A stretch of DNA of 64,000 nt from Lepidodermella squamata (taxonomy: Eukaryota > Animalia > Gastrotricha), in contig JBLDXI010000056.1 in NCBI GenBank assembly GCA_047495785.1, positions 310,001 to 374,000 on the forward strand, in the 5' to 3' direction. The notes beneath the pieces were generated by a model, which was given only the letters and a program-made list of their open reading frames with translations, was not told the DNA's origin and searched no databases. Below are positions 13,701 to 26,470 of this stretch, piece by piece (position 1 is the stretch's first letter; each line of letters opens with the position of its first letter). The position numbers and the translations under genes were made by a program.

Positions 13701-14528
13701 CAATAAATTTGTGTGTCAGTTGTTGGAATTTGAATGGGTTCCCAGGATACTTGCCAACTCAAACGTTCGACGTTTAATTAGCCATGATTAGCCTCATCAT
13801 TAAGGCAATCGATTCTCTGTTGCGGAGAAGCATCGCATTTCATGTTGAAATGCTGAGGGGTTGGCATTCCGGGCGTCATAAGAGCTTTCAAATCATCAAA
13901 TTCACAAAGTAGCAGGTCCCCAATGCCAACCTGAGCTTGCTGAATAGCGGCTCCTTAATTCAAGTGTCAAAATTCGAAAACAGGCTGAAAAACCCCATGA
14001 TTTCGTGTCGTCATTTTTGAATGAGCTATGAGATAGGAAATGGAAAATTGAAGTGAGCATCAACTGTTAGTCTTGAATTTGAAAAAGCAGATTTAAAAGA
14101 ATATTTATATGGTAATTTTTTTAATTTCTTTGTTTGTGAATTTTGCAGGTGCAATGTTTGGCGCGCCAGCTTTTGCGGCGAACCAGTCGCGGTCGATGGG
14201 CGGGCACAACCCGATGGGCTCGATGGGCGACCTCATGCAGATGCAGTCGAGCCTCAACCAGGCGTGCCGCCTCTCCGCCAACCCGCCGCCCGTCTCCGCC
14301 TCGGCCTCAGCCGCCACGGCCGCCGCAGCTGCCGCGGCCTGGCACCAGCAAATGGGCGCCGCCATGGGACCGAATGCCGGCAATTTGATGCCGACCGCTC
14401 AACAGCAGCAGCAGCAACAACAACAGCAACAGGCTCAGTTGCAACAGCAGCAGCAACAACAGGCGAACAGCAACGCGATGGCTCGGCAGCACCAGCACCC
14501 GTTCAATCCTTTCCAGCATTTCGGCTGA
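4783..14528 (+). CDS. USF3: USF3-like large bHLH transcription factor, about 1648 aa; exons 4783-5737, 6059-6631, 6882-8420, 8819-9288, 11395-12424, 14149-14528
   Basis: bHLH RRNKERERKHLVKEALNRLALLLP...LDVVKDACDLIVNLQ, then NRRYERLLTLAGIPIDTDP (resembles the USF3 post-zipper motif) and a long P/S/Q-rich tail. All five introns are GT-AG and phase-consistent (4947 nt). The gene structure is firm; orthology is less so. Confidence 0.7.
10054..10281 (-). CDS. Putative nested antisense Thr/Ser/Pro-rich micro-protein (75 aa) in USF3-like intron 4
   Basis: ATG-initiated ORF with a 39-nt internal duplication (TASTTWAPIATPA/TASTTFAPIATPS) whose differences are mostly synonymous in this frame. Confidence 0.45.
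   Translation of the reverse strand: MSTTTTPTYSIAPSPSSTASTTWAPIATPATASTTFAPIATPSTMQTPSTTLDSPTNTYDSPSSCMSTPRRWSKL
12469..13458 (-). mobile_element. Internally deleted piggyBac element (990 bp) in USF3-like intron 5
   Basis: TTAA at 12465-12468 and 13459-13462; 13-bp TIR CACTCTTCGTACC / GGTACGTAGAGTG (12/13 match); about six subterminal ATACGCACATTTG(C/T)GTA-like repeats; transposase C-terminal relic inside. Confidence 0.9.
12806..12930 (-). pseudogene. piggyBac transposase C-terminal cysteine-rich domain relic
   Basis: RRTNCADCMKNHKKRVMTKKYCAVSLVPLCINCYIQHQ fits the CxxC..T..C..(C)..PLC..C...H pattern with one Cys changed to Ser. Confidence 0.8.
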
Positions 14529-15779
14529 TGGAGCGAGAAAAATTGTTTCGACGTTCATTTGTTGCTTCTATCATGGCTTATATAGTATATTTATCTAAAG
14601 TTTTTATTCTCTCAATTTTGCGATTCCATGTGAAAGGCGGAACTGAACCCAAAAAGTGGTCTCAAATTAACCAGAAAAATTCGAATTTTCAATGGTAAAA
14701 AAATAGTTTGAAAATTTTCAACGAATTTTCAGATTTTTCTGCAAAATTCGTAAATTGCCATTTTATATTTTTCGAAAATCGATGAATTTGTAGTAACTGT
14801 GCAAATATCAGAGATTTTGAAGATTCGAATTTCGGTTCATTTATGGTGGCTCTATATTTTGGGTTCAGTTTTTCCTGCCGAACGATGAGGTGTAATAATT
14901 TCAATTAATAAGAAAAATGGCATCACTATTTTATGCTTTGCGATTCGCTGTTGCGAAGAGTGCCTGGCATGACAGCTATAAAGTTATATCATGAGAAAAA
15001 TCGTGTAGATTCGTACAGGTATGCCTCTACCTGTTGTAATCGAGACTGCTTCCAAACACACTGCAACCGCCGGCGTGCCTTATTTCTTCTCTTTTCATTG
15101 TTGTGTTTTTCTACTATAATATCATGATACATCTCGCGGGATGAAGAATCTGCGTATTGTTATGTTTTTTTTCTGCGCCAAAGAAGTTTTTGTATGATGT
15201 GACGTACCTATTGCGGAAAACAAAGCTAATGGCTTCTTTCCCGAGACATGTTTCTTATCGCTGCGAGCATGCGAGAAAAATTAATGACGACTTAACAGTA
15301 ATTTTTGCATACGAAATTATACCTTTTGATTAGCTGTAATTACTTTTATTATACTTAATCGAGATAACATTTTTAGTACCGAGCTTTGCTTAGTTTTTCT
15401 TCTTGCTTTTTTGTTTCGTTTCTTCCTCCGATGGTGATGCTGTTAATGATTATATAATTTGCGTTGAAAATTATGCAGAAACGAACTTATTGAATTTTGA
15501 TAAAATGACACTGATGATGAAGTAAAAGTGAGTTTTCGGATTTGTTTTCCGGGTTAACTGGCGTCGAATTTTCCTCCTATTTTGAGCAGCTGGAGTTCGC
15601 AAGCAATTACAATCACTGAATTTTCCATCAGGGTCGTGCACTCGTGTCGTGAATTTAAAAGTCGTGCGGAGAAGCCCTGCCGGCACGGCGTCAGCTGAAG
15701 TGAAACGAAATAACAGCTATTATGCGTCACGTCTACGTGAAAACATGACAGCAACAGGCAACCGGCCATCATGAAATTT

Positions 15780-15803
15780 GTAGTAGTAGTAGTAGTAGTA
15801 GTA
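15780..15803. repeat. (GTA)n microsatellite
   Basis: Direct reading. Confidence 0.9.
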
Positions 15804-16837
15804 ATTTTCCTACGCGCTGCTCCCGCGTCACAGAATAAAAATAATTACATGCGCGTGAGCGGGTTGTTTTCAATTTGAAAAAATGACTTCCCGAAGCCAA
15901 AAAATAAACTGCGCGAGTTAATCTGAGTGTATTTTTACGCGCAATCCAAATATTGACTCAGTTGCTGCGACTTTCAGCCAGCCTGCCTGGTTTAAGAGGG
16001 TAGTTTTCCTTATCTTCTGGCTACGGCTGCGGACAAATAGGTCTAGGTGACGGGAGAAGTAACACAGGTTACTTTTCACTCGTGCTAGTGTTATTCAGGG
16101 TGAAAATTAATAAACACCTTAAATAGGTAAACAAAGCCATAACCCTGAAAATAAATTTAAATATGTGAACATATGAGTAAAACCACAGTTGATTCAATTT
16201 AATTCAAAATTTTACATCCAGTTTCTGATTTGCGCCTGTTCTACACAACAACGCAATTCAGCTAGGCAGGTAGGTAATTGAAAGTGAGGAATAATTGTTG
16301 GACGAAAAAATAGCCCCTCCACTTCCTTCGAGATTTTTATGTCTTATATCTCCCCCTTTCCGTCATTTTCGTTTCCTTTGCGAAATGTCTGCGTCCGGCT
16401 TTCCGCCCCGAGTTCAAATGGAGTGCAATCAAATTCTACTTGAATAATGATGCCTTGAAATAGCAGCTTGATTAAGACGTCTAAATTCAATCAGCTCGTA
16501 AAGGTTGAGAAAGTGATTAGAAATGTGTCCAAGTGAAACTCGGATAGAATTTCAGCAACCCATCGTTACCTCAAGACATTATCTCAAGCTGCCCCAAATT
16601 TTCTCAGGAGAAATTTCAATTAATTGAAAAGTATATCTGAAAATGCAATGTTTCTTCAGTGATAAACAATCTTCGAAGCCGAAAACCTTCAAAATTTTTG
16701 AAAATTGAAACAACACGAACTCTGTCAAGTTGCGAAACTTCGCTTTCACGTTTTATTTTCGAGCAATATCGACCGATCGGATCATTCGATCGTCATCTTT
16801 TTACAGACGCACACACGTAGTCGTAGTAGAGAAGAGA

Positions 16838-16951
16838 TGTAGTAGTAGTAGTAGTAGTAGTAGTTGTAGTAGCGCAGAAAAAAGCTTGAAAGCTGGAGAT
16901 AGTAGTAGTAGTATACGTGGTATCATCATCATCATCATCATCATCATCGTT

Positions 16952-16986
<35 letters not shown>

Positions 16987-17400
16987 CATACAACATTTAT
17001 TTTCGCCAACACATGTACACATTTTTTCGCTAAATTGTTCAACCTCACTTTTATTGTTGTAACATTATCGCGCTTTTTTTCGCAGCAACAAACCAGCTGG
17101 CGGCCGAGAAAGAGAGAGAAAAAACAATCGTAATAACAATAACAATAGTATATATATATATATATTTTTCATTTCTTTTTTCATATAGAGTATACATGGT
17201 TTTTTCAAGTAGTATAAGAATAACCGCAAGGAGAGAGGAGAAAAAACAGGAAAAAATTCGTCGCATTTTGTTTTCTTTTTTTTTGGTGCAGCTGGTCCGC
17301 AAAAATTTGAACACACAACGGGATGAGAGAGAGAAATTGTTTCATTTTTTTGCAATTCGGGAAGTGAAGTAAAACTCGGGAATGTGTGTGTGTGTCTGTG
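16838..17400. repeat. Compound microsatellite tract: (TAG)n, (CAT)n, (AAT)n, (TA)n, (TG)n; probably in the AFF 3' UTR
   Basis: Direct reading; lies downstream of the AFF stop on the minus strand. Confidence 0.9.
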
Positions 17401-17574
17401 TCTCATCATCATCTGCATCATTTGGATTCTCGGTTCACATTGGACTGATAACCGTCTTCTTCTTCATCTAAGTCGCGGTGGTATAAAAATAATCGGCGCG
17501 GCTGGTGTGTATGAAAGAGCTCAAATTTTCATTATTATTCAGTTTCATCGTCTTCTTGCACAAAAATCGTCGCC

Positions 17575-20500
17575 TCACTTGACGGCAACCTTGCCGCCGC
17601 CGACGCTGCTGCTGGCGGGCGGCTTCGGCTTGACGTCGCACGAGCCGGTGGCGGAGCGCAGCGCCCGGAACTCGGCGAGGCACCGGTCCAGGTACGACGC
17701 CAGGTCGAGCAGCGAGGCGCGCGAGTTCAGCGCCGGGCTGAACCGGTCGAAGAACGCCTTGTGTTTGTCCGTGCGCTCCTCCGCCTTCAGCCAGCTCGAC
17801 CGCGCCGCCTCCAGCAGCCGGAACGACTGCGCCAACGCCTCGACCGGCTTCGCCATCGCCGCCAGTCCCGATGAGGACGAGCTGCCGCTGCTGCTGCCTG
17901 GTTTCGCGGTGGTTGCGCTCGACTGGCCCGGGCGAGACGAGCCGGACGACGACGTCGAGCCGACCGAGCCGGGCGGCGACTGGTTGCTGTTTTGCGAGGC
18001 GGCCGCCGTCGGCTGTTGGCTGCTCGAGGAGGCTGGCGGCGGGGCGAGGGCCTTTTCGACGGCGGAGGCGGCGGCGAGGGCGTCGCGGGCCGACATGTCG
18101 TAGAGGCGCGAGGCGAGCACGGCCTTGGCCTGGTGGCACAGCACGAGCGGGATGTCCCAGCGCGGGTCCGAGGCGAGGTCGCGGGCCGATGGGGCGCACT
18201 TGGACAGCGCCTCGTCGATGAACGTCAGCAGCTGCGTGCGCCGCTTCGCCTCCGCTTTGCCGCCGTGGGTCGCTTCGTGAGCGCAAACCTGACGCAAACA
18301 CATTCGTTATTAATTTTTTCAAATTATTCGAAAAAGTTTAGAATTGTTCAGTATTAATTTAAAAATCTTGGAGTATTCAAATCCCGTATTTTTGTAAATA
18401 TTTAAAAATACTTTTACAATTTTTCTATTTTTCCAAAAAATTTCTAAAAAGTGAGTAATATCACTTAACATAAACTTTTCTTATCATGATTATCAAGTTG
18501 TTTAAAATTTAAAACAGGAAAATTCGACAATTGAAGTTAACATTCGAAATCTGAATTCATTTTCTTGAAAATGAAGCCCGATCATTGACCAGTAGCGACG
18601 ATTTGGGCCGCTTTATGGCGACCATGAGGCTTCTTATTATTTGGGCAAAATCCAAGAAAATCCCGAAAAATTGGGTGAAATTTGAAATTCAAGTTCACTT
18701 TCACTGCGCTTGAATCGCAATTGCTTGTCGGCATTTAAGACAATTATCGTTGAACTTCTTTCCGAGCTCACATTCCGCGTATTAAACTGCGCTAAAAATG
18801 ACAGGCCATTGCGGTAACTCAGACATCACTCCTAATTGATCCACGTCGACATTCGGGTCCTTGTGATGATCAATTGCCAGACTTCACACAGACACAATCA
18901 TCTATTACCACTCGGAATTCAAATTACGCGAACAGGTGACATAAATGCTCAATTCATGGACGCGAGATCGTCCTTTGCTTTTCAATTTTTCCGCCCGGCT
19001 GCTTCGCAGCAGCTAGTTTTAGATACGTACCTACCCGTTCACGGTTGGCTGAATGCAATAATATACAACCGACTACGTGAAGAATTTTTCTTACAAGAAA
19101 CCCATTGAATAAATAATGCCGTCGTCGTCCAACGCTGCATAAATAAACGGCGAGTTTTTTCGCCGCCTCGGCTCGACGGCGAAAACACGACGAAACAAGG
19201 TGCCAACAACGTTTTTTTCTTATTAGCCTCATACGTTATTACACGTGGTAGGCAAGGCGCTTACAGTGAGAGGCATTTTAACAAACTTGACGCGATAAAA
19301 ATTAAAGGATAGGTAATAAAACTAGACGAGCTTTAACCTCGATTTCCGGGTGCGATTATTTTTTTCTGCTATTGTTGCTGTGTCTGGAGGGCAAAAGTCG
19401 AGACAAGTTTATATCCGCAATTGCGCTCAGGTTTCGACCTCAGACACAGCGAGCGCAGTTTCAAATGCCAAACAACTATTTTACAGACACTTCCCCACTC
19501 GAGGTTCAGATTTCAATCATTCAAGAGTGTCTTCGATGCGAGAAATGTCTTCGTTCGCCAACGACACTTGATGCCGCCAATTAAGCAAATACACTACAAA
19601 TTTAGATTCGATAGCTATTGATACGGATACTTAAAGTATCGAGTTGCAACAGCTACAGCAAATTCAAGACGACTAATCGAAAAAAACGCAGATCACGAGG
19701 AATTTCAATGTTGAGAAAAAACAGGGCACACAAGCTTCGACTACAGCTTGTACAGCAACAGAGGATTACGAATCAGGCCCTGCGTTTAAATTATTCATAA
19801 ATTAATTGATGCAAAAAATGGGCCAGCGCTTCTACAGTCCAGGTATAACCTGAAATCCCACAGAAAGAGTGTCTCATATTAAATGTAGAGGATGAGTACA
19901 ATAATTTAGATCAACATTTGAGCCCGTAACTTTGTAAAAAAATTCGTGCCCGATGAGAAAAAAATAAATTCGCCGTATTCACAACATCAACATTCATCCA
20001 GCAGAAATTCGAAAATGAATCAGTTCCCCCAAGAAATGAGGCAAGCCATCGGGGAAAATTAAATAGGGGAAAAAAACTGTAAAACCCAAAAAAACTCTAA
20101 AATATTCATTTCAGGCAATAAACTTGAAAACTAGCCTTAGTAACATCAAAATTCTAAATTTCAATATTATGAAAATTCTCAAAAAAAATTCTAAATTATC
20201 AGGATTTTGAAATTACTACGTTATTTCCTAAATTTTAGAATTTCTTTAATAAATTCAAAAATTTGTAATAATTGTTGGGGCTGTACCTGTAACAAAAAGG
20301 CGAGCATGGCGTCGAGGTAGACGCAAAACGCGTCGAGATTGCGCTGTTTCGGGAACTCGGCGTCGGCCTCGCGCTTCCGCAGCCGCCCGCGCTCGTAGTA
20401 CGTCTTCTCGGCCTCGAGCCGCAGCTCCGTGAACGTGCCCTTCCACTCGACGGCGTTCGCCGGCCGCTGCAGCGCGCTCACCACGCGGTCGCCCGCCGTC

Positions 20501-23236
20501 TCGAACGGCGACAACGACCCGGCCGGCGCGCCCGAGTTCGCCGCCGCCGAACTGCTCGACTTGGGCTTGATCGTAAACCGCCCGCGCAGCAGCTGGTTCG
20601 ACTCCGAGACCGGCTGCGCGGCCGAGGTCGACGCGATCTCGGGCGAGTTGCCCGGCTTCTGACTCGAATTCACGACGTTCTGCACCGACAGCGGCTGCAC
20701 GCACGCCGTCTCCCGCCGCGCCTGCTTCGGCTGCGTCGGCCCGCTCGAGTCGTCCGAGCCCAGCTCCGTCTGCACCGACACGTCGAGGAACGAGCTCGGG
20801 CCCACCTGCACGCCCGTGTGCGTCGAGAACGCGGCGCGCAGGTCCCACGAGGTCTGCGAGAAGCCGTCCGAAATCAGCCCGGCCTCCTTGCCGCCCTTCA
20901 CGATCACGTCGTGACTCGTCTGACTGCCCTTCGCCGGCCGTTTCTGCGACGGCAGGTCAAGCGTGTCCGTCGACACGGTCGTGAACCGTTTTTTCGTCGC
21001 CGGCGCCGCAGATTTTTCCGCATTAACAACAGCAGCAACGGGTGGTGCTGGGGGCTGAGTTTTCGGCTGTGGTGGTGGTGCTGGTTCGGGCTTCGGAGGC
21101 TCAACAACTCGGCGAACTTTCGGCGCCTTCGACGACGTGATTTGCGGTGCGGCGACCGGTTCTTCGACTGGTTTCGGCGGCGACTCCGCCGGCTTTTTCA
21201 CCGCCTCCTTCACAGGCTCCGGCTTCTTCGGCGACGCAACCGCTGGCTTCTTCGCCGCCGGTTCCAGGGTGACCCAGCTGGGCGGTGGGTGCAGCGTGGG
21301 CAGCGGGGGCGAGGCCATCGGCGGCACGGACGCCGGCATTTTCAGCTGGGGCGAGGCGGGGGATAGCGAGCCGAGGGGCGACAGTTTCGGCTCGATTTTC
21401 AGGAAATCGTGCTCGATTGCCGCTGGTTTCTGAGGCGCAGGCGCTGGTGCTGCGTCTTCAGGCTCGGGTAGGACAGGCGAAAATTCCTGTCTCGCGAGTT
21501 TCGCTAGATCTGTGACTACCCCGATCGGCGACAGCAACTGCATAACCGGCGAGGGGAGGGCTACGTTTTGTAAAATTCGAGAAATGTCGTCCTTTTTCGG
21601 CGGAGTTGACGAGCTGCAATCAGCCGGTTGTTTTTGTTGAGATATTGTCGGCTGAGGTGGAGGTGGCGGGTCCATTTTCAGAGCAGGCGGCACGTTGGCC
21701 CGATTGCCGGTGGCCCTTCGAACCGGGGCGACTGATGGTAATTTTGGAGATTGAGCTTTGGGCTGTGGGGGCGGAGGCGGAGGGTCTTTTTTCGGGGTTT
21801 CTACTGCGACCTGAGGCGGTTTCTCTTCTTCTTCATCGTCCTCGCTATCATCACTGTCATCGTCTTTGATTTCGCCCTCTGACTCATCGCTAGATGATTC
21901 CGATTCTGAGGAAGATAATTGAGTATCGCCAAATAGTTCCATTTTCTTCAATTCCAACAGATTATTCGGTGGTTTCTTCTCACTTGCCTGAATTTAACAC
22001 AAAAGATTCACATTTTTATGATATCGATTAAAATTCGAATAATTTCAGCTCCTTCCCGTACAAATTTGCTCTCACTCATCTTAGACATTAATCTGAAGAT
22101 GGCATTCCTACATCCAAAAATGATTCAAAAGCGAAAAATACGTGTACACATTTGTATACTTCAGTTAAGCTCAATGCACTGGAAATATGCACGCATTATC
22201 CCAAAACTACGAAAACGACATTTTTTTCTGTCTGAGCCATATTAGGTCACGTTCTTTCAACGTATCGTAAAAGCTACCTAATTCCTTGAGATCAACAGGA
22301 AATGTCAATTTTGATGAATTGACCGAAAAATATCGTAAATAATGATTAAATTTACCTGACGAACAGAGCCAGACCGTGGTTCAACTGTAACAAAATTAGG
22401 ACTCGATGTAGCTGACTGGACGCCGCCACGCTGCTGCATCAGCAGAGAACTTGCAGCAGATGACGGTGGAATCGTGACACTCGGCTTTTCTTCCTTCGCA
22501 GCAACCGTCGTCGTCGGCGGCTTAACTTCGACAACCGGTTTAGCCGCCGGCGGTTTCTTCGTAGCAGAAGCAGTATTTGAAGCAGTTTGAGTCTTGTTGT
22601 TATTGCCATTCGTATTAGTATCACTCTTTTTAGCAGAACTAGAATCACCGGTGGTTGAACTACCATTAGTATTTGTATTGCCATGCACTTTGGACGAGGG
22701 TGGAGTGACCGGTTGTTGTTGTTGATGCCGTCTTTGGTCTCCATCCTTGTTGGATGTTGATTGGCGAGAAGACGAGGAATCTTTCAGACTCACGGGCGTT
22801 GGCGGTTGCGGCGTTACACCGACCGCGTTACGTATCGACTGCTCAGGAATGCCGAAAAACTTCTCCATAGGTCCCAAAATATTTGAAAGCTTTAATTGCA
22901 ATTCATCGTTGGTCGAGGCTGCTGTTGATACCTAAAGAATCAAAACATCCTTGAAGTGCAGCTTCGTAGCCGGCCACTGAAACTAACCGTTAACTTTTCA
23001 GGTCTGTTCGTCGTAGTACTTTTCGAATGACCAGACGTCTGTTTGTGCACATTGTCGGAATTACCACTTGGTTCTTGCTTCACTTGAGCACCAGAAGAAG
23101 AACTATTACCCTTTACGATAAGGTCACCTTTAACGTTCACGGGGTGTTTAGCAGGAGAATCTGTAGTCGTTGAGGCTGCAATCTGCGGCTGTTTGCCAAC
23201 ATCTGAAAGACGCAGTGAATTCGAATCAGCTGCCAT
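17575..23236 (-). CDS. AFF4: AF4/FMR2 family (AFF/lilliputian) elongation-complex scaffold, about 1079 aa; exons 23236-22988, 22931-22356, 21987-20287, 18288-17575
   Basis: N-terminal DELQLKLSNILG; ALF-like DISRILQNV..LLSPI; C-terminal domain YYERGRLRKREADA..YLDAMLAF and SWLKAEE..AFFD..SLLDLASYL. Introns are phase-0 GT-AG. The symbol denotes the family. Confidence 0.85.
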
Positions 23237-24249
23237 TCATATACAGCGCCACCTTTTCGGTTAAGGCGGCTGAAACACCGTAAAAATCCGATGAAGATAT
23301 AACAAAAAAATAACAAATCTATGAAAAATAGCAAGGAAAGCTTAAGTAACTCCCAAGAGCTTTGGTACAAAGTGAGAGGAGCTGGAATCAGCACCCGGTT
23401 TCGCTTAATTCAAAGAATAATGTCCATTAGCCATCAGCGTTGTTACACTCGTTACTTGCTATTAAAAGATAGCGCGAGAACCTAGAACTTGGAAAAGCAA
23501 GTTTTCTCAAGTCTCTTCGGTGCAAATCGTGAACAACACCATACACACCACTTTACACGGATTGTATGTCTCGCTAAGCAGCCAAAAACAAGAAAGCTCA
23601 AACATCGTATCAAGGATGAGCGTGTATTGCGTTATGCGTGATGTGTGTGCATAGCACAGAATACACCTAAAGACCTGACGGCATACATAGTAGTGCAATG
23701 GCATAGTAGTAGGCGATGAACTACATCATGCGAACCAGCCACTACCCGAAAAGCTGTACACACATCGAGATAAACATACAAACAAGGGACATAAAAGGTC
23801 ACGAAAAACCCTTTTAACGAAAGATATTTTCATATTTTACAGACTGGGGGTTTATTATATAAATATTAAATATTGATTTCCCGCAGCTTTAACAATAAAT
23901 TATGGCTTCAAAAATAAAAAGATGCACAGAATCTTTCGCGATTCGCGAGCATTCGCGATGAGTGAACCCTCGCTGCCTTTCGCCGCTTACCTCCGAGGTT
24001 TCCGAAAGGTTTGCCGCGCCTTCTAAGCTTGTAAGCCAGAATAATGCCGTTCTTCCAGGGGTAAACTTGCCACATTCTTCGTCGATTTCCAAGTTTGCCA
24101 GCGTTCTTTTCACTGCGTTTTTCCTCTCCACCGTTGGTGTAAACTTGTCGATTCAAAATGGCTGGATTCTGATTAATCATTCATCAAACATCAAACATGC
24201 TTTCCTTGATATTCAAATGCTTTAGAAGATTATATATCGTGAGTTCAAA

Positions 24250-25448
24250 ATGCCACCGAAAAGCAGCTCGGCATCGAAGAAGCAAGAGGTGAAGAAACAA
24301 GACAAGATTATCGAGGACAAGACATTTGGTCTCAAGAACAAAAAAGGTGCTCAAACGCAGAAATATGTGCAACAGCTAACTCACCAGGTTAAATCTGGTG
24401 GTCTTAGTGCCCGCAAAGCTGATCGCTTAGCTGAGCCGACTCGTAAAGACAAGAAGGAGGAGGAACAAAGGCGCCTTGAAGAGCTGAAGGAACTCTTCAA
24501 ACCTGTCGTGGAAAAGCCAAAAAATACGGATAATGTTGATCCCAAATCCATTCTGTGCGGTTAGTCAAAATCAAAATGTTTTGATATATTTTATCGTCGC
24601 GTTTCTCCCACAGCGTTTTATAAGCAAGGTCTTTGCACTCGAGGGCAGAAGTGCAAGTTCTCGCATGACATGAACTCAGCCGCAGCTGCTGGAGAACGCA
24701 AGTCGGAGAAAAAGAATCTTTATGAAGACGCTCGTGAAGACACAATGGAAAACTGGGACGAAACCGAGCTTCGGAACGTGATCGATAAGAAACACGGTGA
24801 AGCCGATAAAACAAAACCTAAAACAGACATTGTGTGCAAGTTCTTCATCGACGCTGTTGAAAATAAGAAATACGGCTGGTTCTGGGAATGGTACATCTTT
24901 GAAAATTAAGACTTAATTAAACAAATTATGTTAATTTCAGCCCAAATGGAAACGATAAGTGCCATTACCGGCACGCTCTGCCACCTGGTTTTGTTTTGAA
25001 GAGTGAGAAGGGTAAGAAGAAGGAAGATGGCGATGAATTGACGCTTGAAGACTTGATCGAACGAGAGCGCGCGTTGCTACCTGCTACTCAAACTAGGATT
25101 ACCCTCGAATCTTTCCTCGCGTGGAAGGAGCGGAAGAAGCAGGAGAAATTGAAGGCCCTGGGCGAAGCTAGCTCGAAGAAGAAGGAGCAGTTCAATGCCG
25201 GCAAGTTGACGGGTCTTAGCGGTCGTGACCTGTTCGATTACAACCCTGACCTGGCGCGGGCCGATGAGAACGACGAAGATGGCGGTGAAGTCGTTATGTT
25301 CGAGCGAGACGAGGACGAAGAAGATGCGGCAATGATGGCGGAGGAGGCGGCCGAGGAGGAGCGGAGGGCTCGCGAAAGAGCGGCTTTGAGAGCCGAGGAA
25401 GAGGCAGAACTCGCGGCACAAGTCGAAGCAGCTCAAATAAGCGAATGA
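24250..25448 (+). CDS. ZC3H15: CCCH zinc finger protein 15 (DFRP1), 364 aa; exons 24250-24559, 24614-24890, 24941-25448
   Basis: [14 protein letters not shown]; [20 protein letters not shown]; [19 protein letters not shown]; [10 protein letters not shown]; LSGRDLF. Confidence 0.97.
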
Positions 25449-25511
25449 AGTATTTGTTTGGTGATAACTAATGACAGCTTTAGATGCTTGCTTCCTGTAG
25501 AAAAACTGTGC

Positions 25512-25599
25512 GGGTCGGTGGCGTTGCGCGGCTTGCATTTCAGCCCCAGGTTTCGGGTGCCGGTGAGGGTCCCGTCGAGCCGCGTGACGCCCCCGCCCC
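25512..25599 (+). other. GC-rich long RNA stem-loop downstream of the ZC3H15 stop
   Basis: 25512-25535 pairs with 25576-25599: 22 of 24 positions, including three G-U pairs. Confidence 0.65.
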
Positions 25600-26470
25600 T
25601 CGCCGTGTCTTATTGTCTCATGCTCTTTCACACAAAACAAAACTATGATAAATAATGAAATGAAGTTGGTTTTTCAATTTCCCGAGTCTCTTGGTTCCAT
25701 GGGAAATCGCATGCCAAATTTGAGCGTTCTAACAAGAAACTGAATGAAAAAATTCTGGAAAATTGCAAAATTGCTAAAACCAAGCTTAAACTTCATAGAC
25801 GGAAGGAGCTTCGTGAATTCACAAATTCATCGGTGCGTAGTTGGGCGTAGGTTTTGTAGTAAGGACTGATCAATCCACTTCTCATCTGCTCCGCTGAGTA
25901 AACAAAGTTGTTCTCCTTCATAACAACTTAGGCATCCCATTTTATTTTCGGGCACGCAGCTTGCACTTGTGTAGTTATCGCACTAACTGTTTTTTAATTA
26001 TTTGAAATGGGAATAAGACAAGTTTAAGCTATAATGTCAAAAATTTATTGCCGAATGCTGGTTCCAAGTTTGAAAATATGATAGAAATTGACGGGTATGA
26101 TTAAGAAAAATGGCGCGACAATAATTTCGAATTTGTGGGCTGTAATCTTCCATCGAACTGGAGAGCTAGCTGAGTTTGCTTTGAGTTTTCTCTATTCGGT
26201 CTACAAGTAAAAGACGATTTGACTCGATCGATTACATTCGAGTGAGTGCCATTGAATCTCAAATATTCACTTGGGGTTATCGCCGATTTGAATGTTTCGC
26301 TCATTTTCGAGAGATTTTGTTTGAGAAAAATGGGGATAAGTATTTTTTATCGGATTTTTCTGGCCTTCTTCAAATTTGCACCATTATGACCTGACGATTT
26401 TTCGAATTTTTTGTCATTTTTATTCAACTTTCTGTTATTTTCTCGTAGACTTTAAGTGTCTATATTTAAA

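Noticed and set aside
15782-15830. AGTAGT run resembling a Polinton/Maverick terminus
   Set aside because: No partner TIR and no polymerase or integrase; a simple microsatellite explains it.
16730-17421. ORFs with poly-I/Y/D/T/M runs
   Set aside because: Translations of microsatellites.
18289-20286. Short ORFs in the 2-kb AFF intron
   Set aside because: No motifs, consistent splice pattern or TIRs found.
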